Positions 62,273-64,000 of a stretch of DNA of 64,000 bases are shown one piece after another. Where the stretch lies: NCBI RefSeq assembly GCF_033153115.1, contig NW_026889772.1:5952001-6016000 (forward strand), written 5' to 3'. This DNA comes from Saccostrea echinata. Taxonomy: Eukaryota. The position numbers and the translations under genes were made by a program. Positions within the stretch are counted from its first letter, which is position 1; every line of letters starts with the position of its first letter. The notes beneath the pieces are model-generated. The model saw only the letters and a list, made by a program, of their open reading frames with translations, was not told where the DNA came from and did not search any database.

Positions 62273-64000
62273 GAGAGAGAGAGAGACTACCAGAATGTCA
62301 TACCAGGATGTCATGAATTTTTCATGAGTGACAAATAAACAGGGAGAAAATATTATTGTTACTGAGAGGCGAAGTCATCAAGAATGTAAATATTAGCATT
62401 TTTAAATATATACATGTATGAGAGTGGGAGTGAAAGGTATATGTTTTGCAATGAAAATAAAAAAAAAAACCCTAATATAATTGCTATGTAGGAAAACCTT
62501 TAAAACACCAAAATCCTAGTCTAAAACAACAGGGTTAGGATGAGTATATAAAATGAATTTCAAAGATATAGATTGAAGTATATTGGGATTTTTCTGAGCC
62601 CTTTTTAGTTTTTACTGAAATTTCTTACAGCTCTCTTCAGATCCCAGCAAGACCATGATAAATTTGTTCAATTCTTGACTCCTCATGGTCAAACATTGTA
62701 CAGCAACATAATAATACATGTAATTGGAAAAATTAATTGAAAAAGCTTCCAACAATGACAGGGCCATTCTAACTTTAATTAAGATTCATCCCTAAGTTCT
62801 GTGGTGTCATCTTTTTTTAAATTGTGGACCTTAGCTCCGGGGACCATGTTTTCCTATTGTTTTTATACAGGAATTCAAAAACATTCCCAGACCAGCAAGA
62901 TCATTATAGTCATGTTGATATTGAAGCATTAATTAATGAAGGCTTAATGTTAGTTTATGTCAAGTTCCTCTGAAGCTATGGTTGGGTCACAATATCGGTT
63001 AAAGTTTTTATGTGATTAAGGAGGATATTTGTTGAAAAAAAAATTTAAGAGCAACGGGTCCTAGATAATACATTTGAGCGTCTTGGCCCATTGGATTCAA
63101 ATTATTTCCCTTTAAAAGATATACTACTATATAATATACTACTATACACAAGACGTTGTTTCGCTAAAAGTTTAACAATATAGTAGGTAACTATTGTAAA
63201 TATTTTTTTTCTCCATGTATTTTTAGCACTGTAATGTGCGCTGTCGTTTGTATCGTCCACGCCTGAATGACCATAAGTAGGAGTTTTGGTTGTCCATATG
63301 CGAATATCTATGTGCATATTTTTATTACATGGACGTAATGAATTATTTCTAGCTGGAAAGGTTCTATGTATAACACGTTTATTTAATTTTCTGCTCCTCA
63401 CTTACTGGTACAGAAACTTGATAGAATTAATGTGGTGTGTTTGTAAATTTATTTATATTACAAACGCACCACATTAATTTTATCAATTACGAAAAGATAA
63501 AATAGATTAAATACGAGCATAAATATTGCAATGTATATAAATAACAATTTTATCTCATGTTAAGGTTCTTTTGTTTTGAACTTAAACTTACAATATTAAT
63601 TTTAGTCATACGTTAAATTTATTTTTCAAATGAATTCAAAATAACAGATTGAATCTTTCTCATCCGTTTCAAAGAAAGAGAAAGGCTTTGAAGGCAAACT
63701 ATCATCTTAACTTTATGATTCAGTTACAGACTTCAACTTATCAACTCATATGTAGTATTACACTATCTTCACCTGCATTTCTTGTTAATGCCTTCATATA
63801 ACAAGGGAAAAAAAGATCTCATTTCAAGTCAAAATGAAAGTATTATCGCATGAAAAATTATCATTGGGTCGTATTTTGGCTGATGTTTTTCAAACCAATT
63901 GTTAGGCCTTTGTTTTTTTTTTTTTTTTTTTTTACTGAATTTGGATATGGAACATTGCGTCCACCTTTTCAATATTTAGAGCTAGTAGCGGGTGCAACCG
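62273..64000 (+). repeat. Local segmental repeat, copy C (runs off the window end)
   Basis: Begins (GA)n ctacca..atgtcataccaggatgtcatg as at 24990 and stays colinear with copy A. Confidence 0.88.

Overview
AT-rich, intron-containing eukaryotic DNA, most likely a bivalve and probably an oyster. That call is an inference from the HINE/Cg170-like satellite elements, Naiad-type Penelope RTs, and Kolobok and ISL2EU transposons. Most of the window is layered transposable elements: an intact 2481-aa Helentron Rep/helicase/endonuclease ORF (1489-8934), a recent but inactivated full-length Gypsy LTR element (49073-56569) with an extra zinc-finger ORF, a 20-kb ISL2EU shell (39384-59685) swollen by nested insertions, a decayed Kolobok, and several MITEs, SINEs and Naiad fragments. 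There are two kinds of host gene. One is a calmodulin-like 4-EF-hand gene (+, three exons visible). The other, and the most notable, is a tandem cluster of secreted, intron-containing, cysteine-rich homologues of bacterial SleB/Hydrolase_2 cell-wall lytic enzymes: two genes (20300-23054, 38145-38859) and one pseudogene (24747-24917), set in a locally repeated ~2-3 kb block. This looks like a domesticated bacterial peptidoglycan hydrolase family undergoing birth-and-death evolution. There is one assembly gap (23330-23474).
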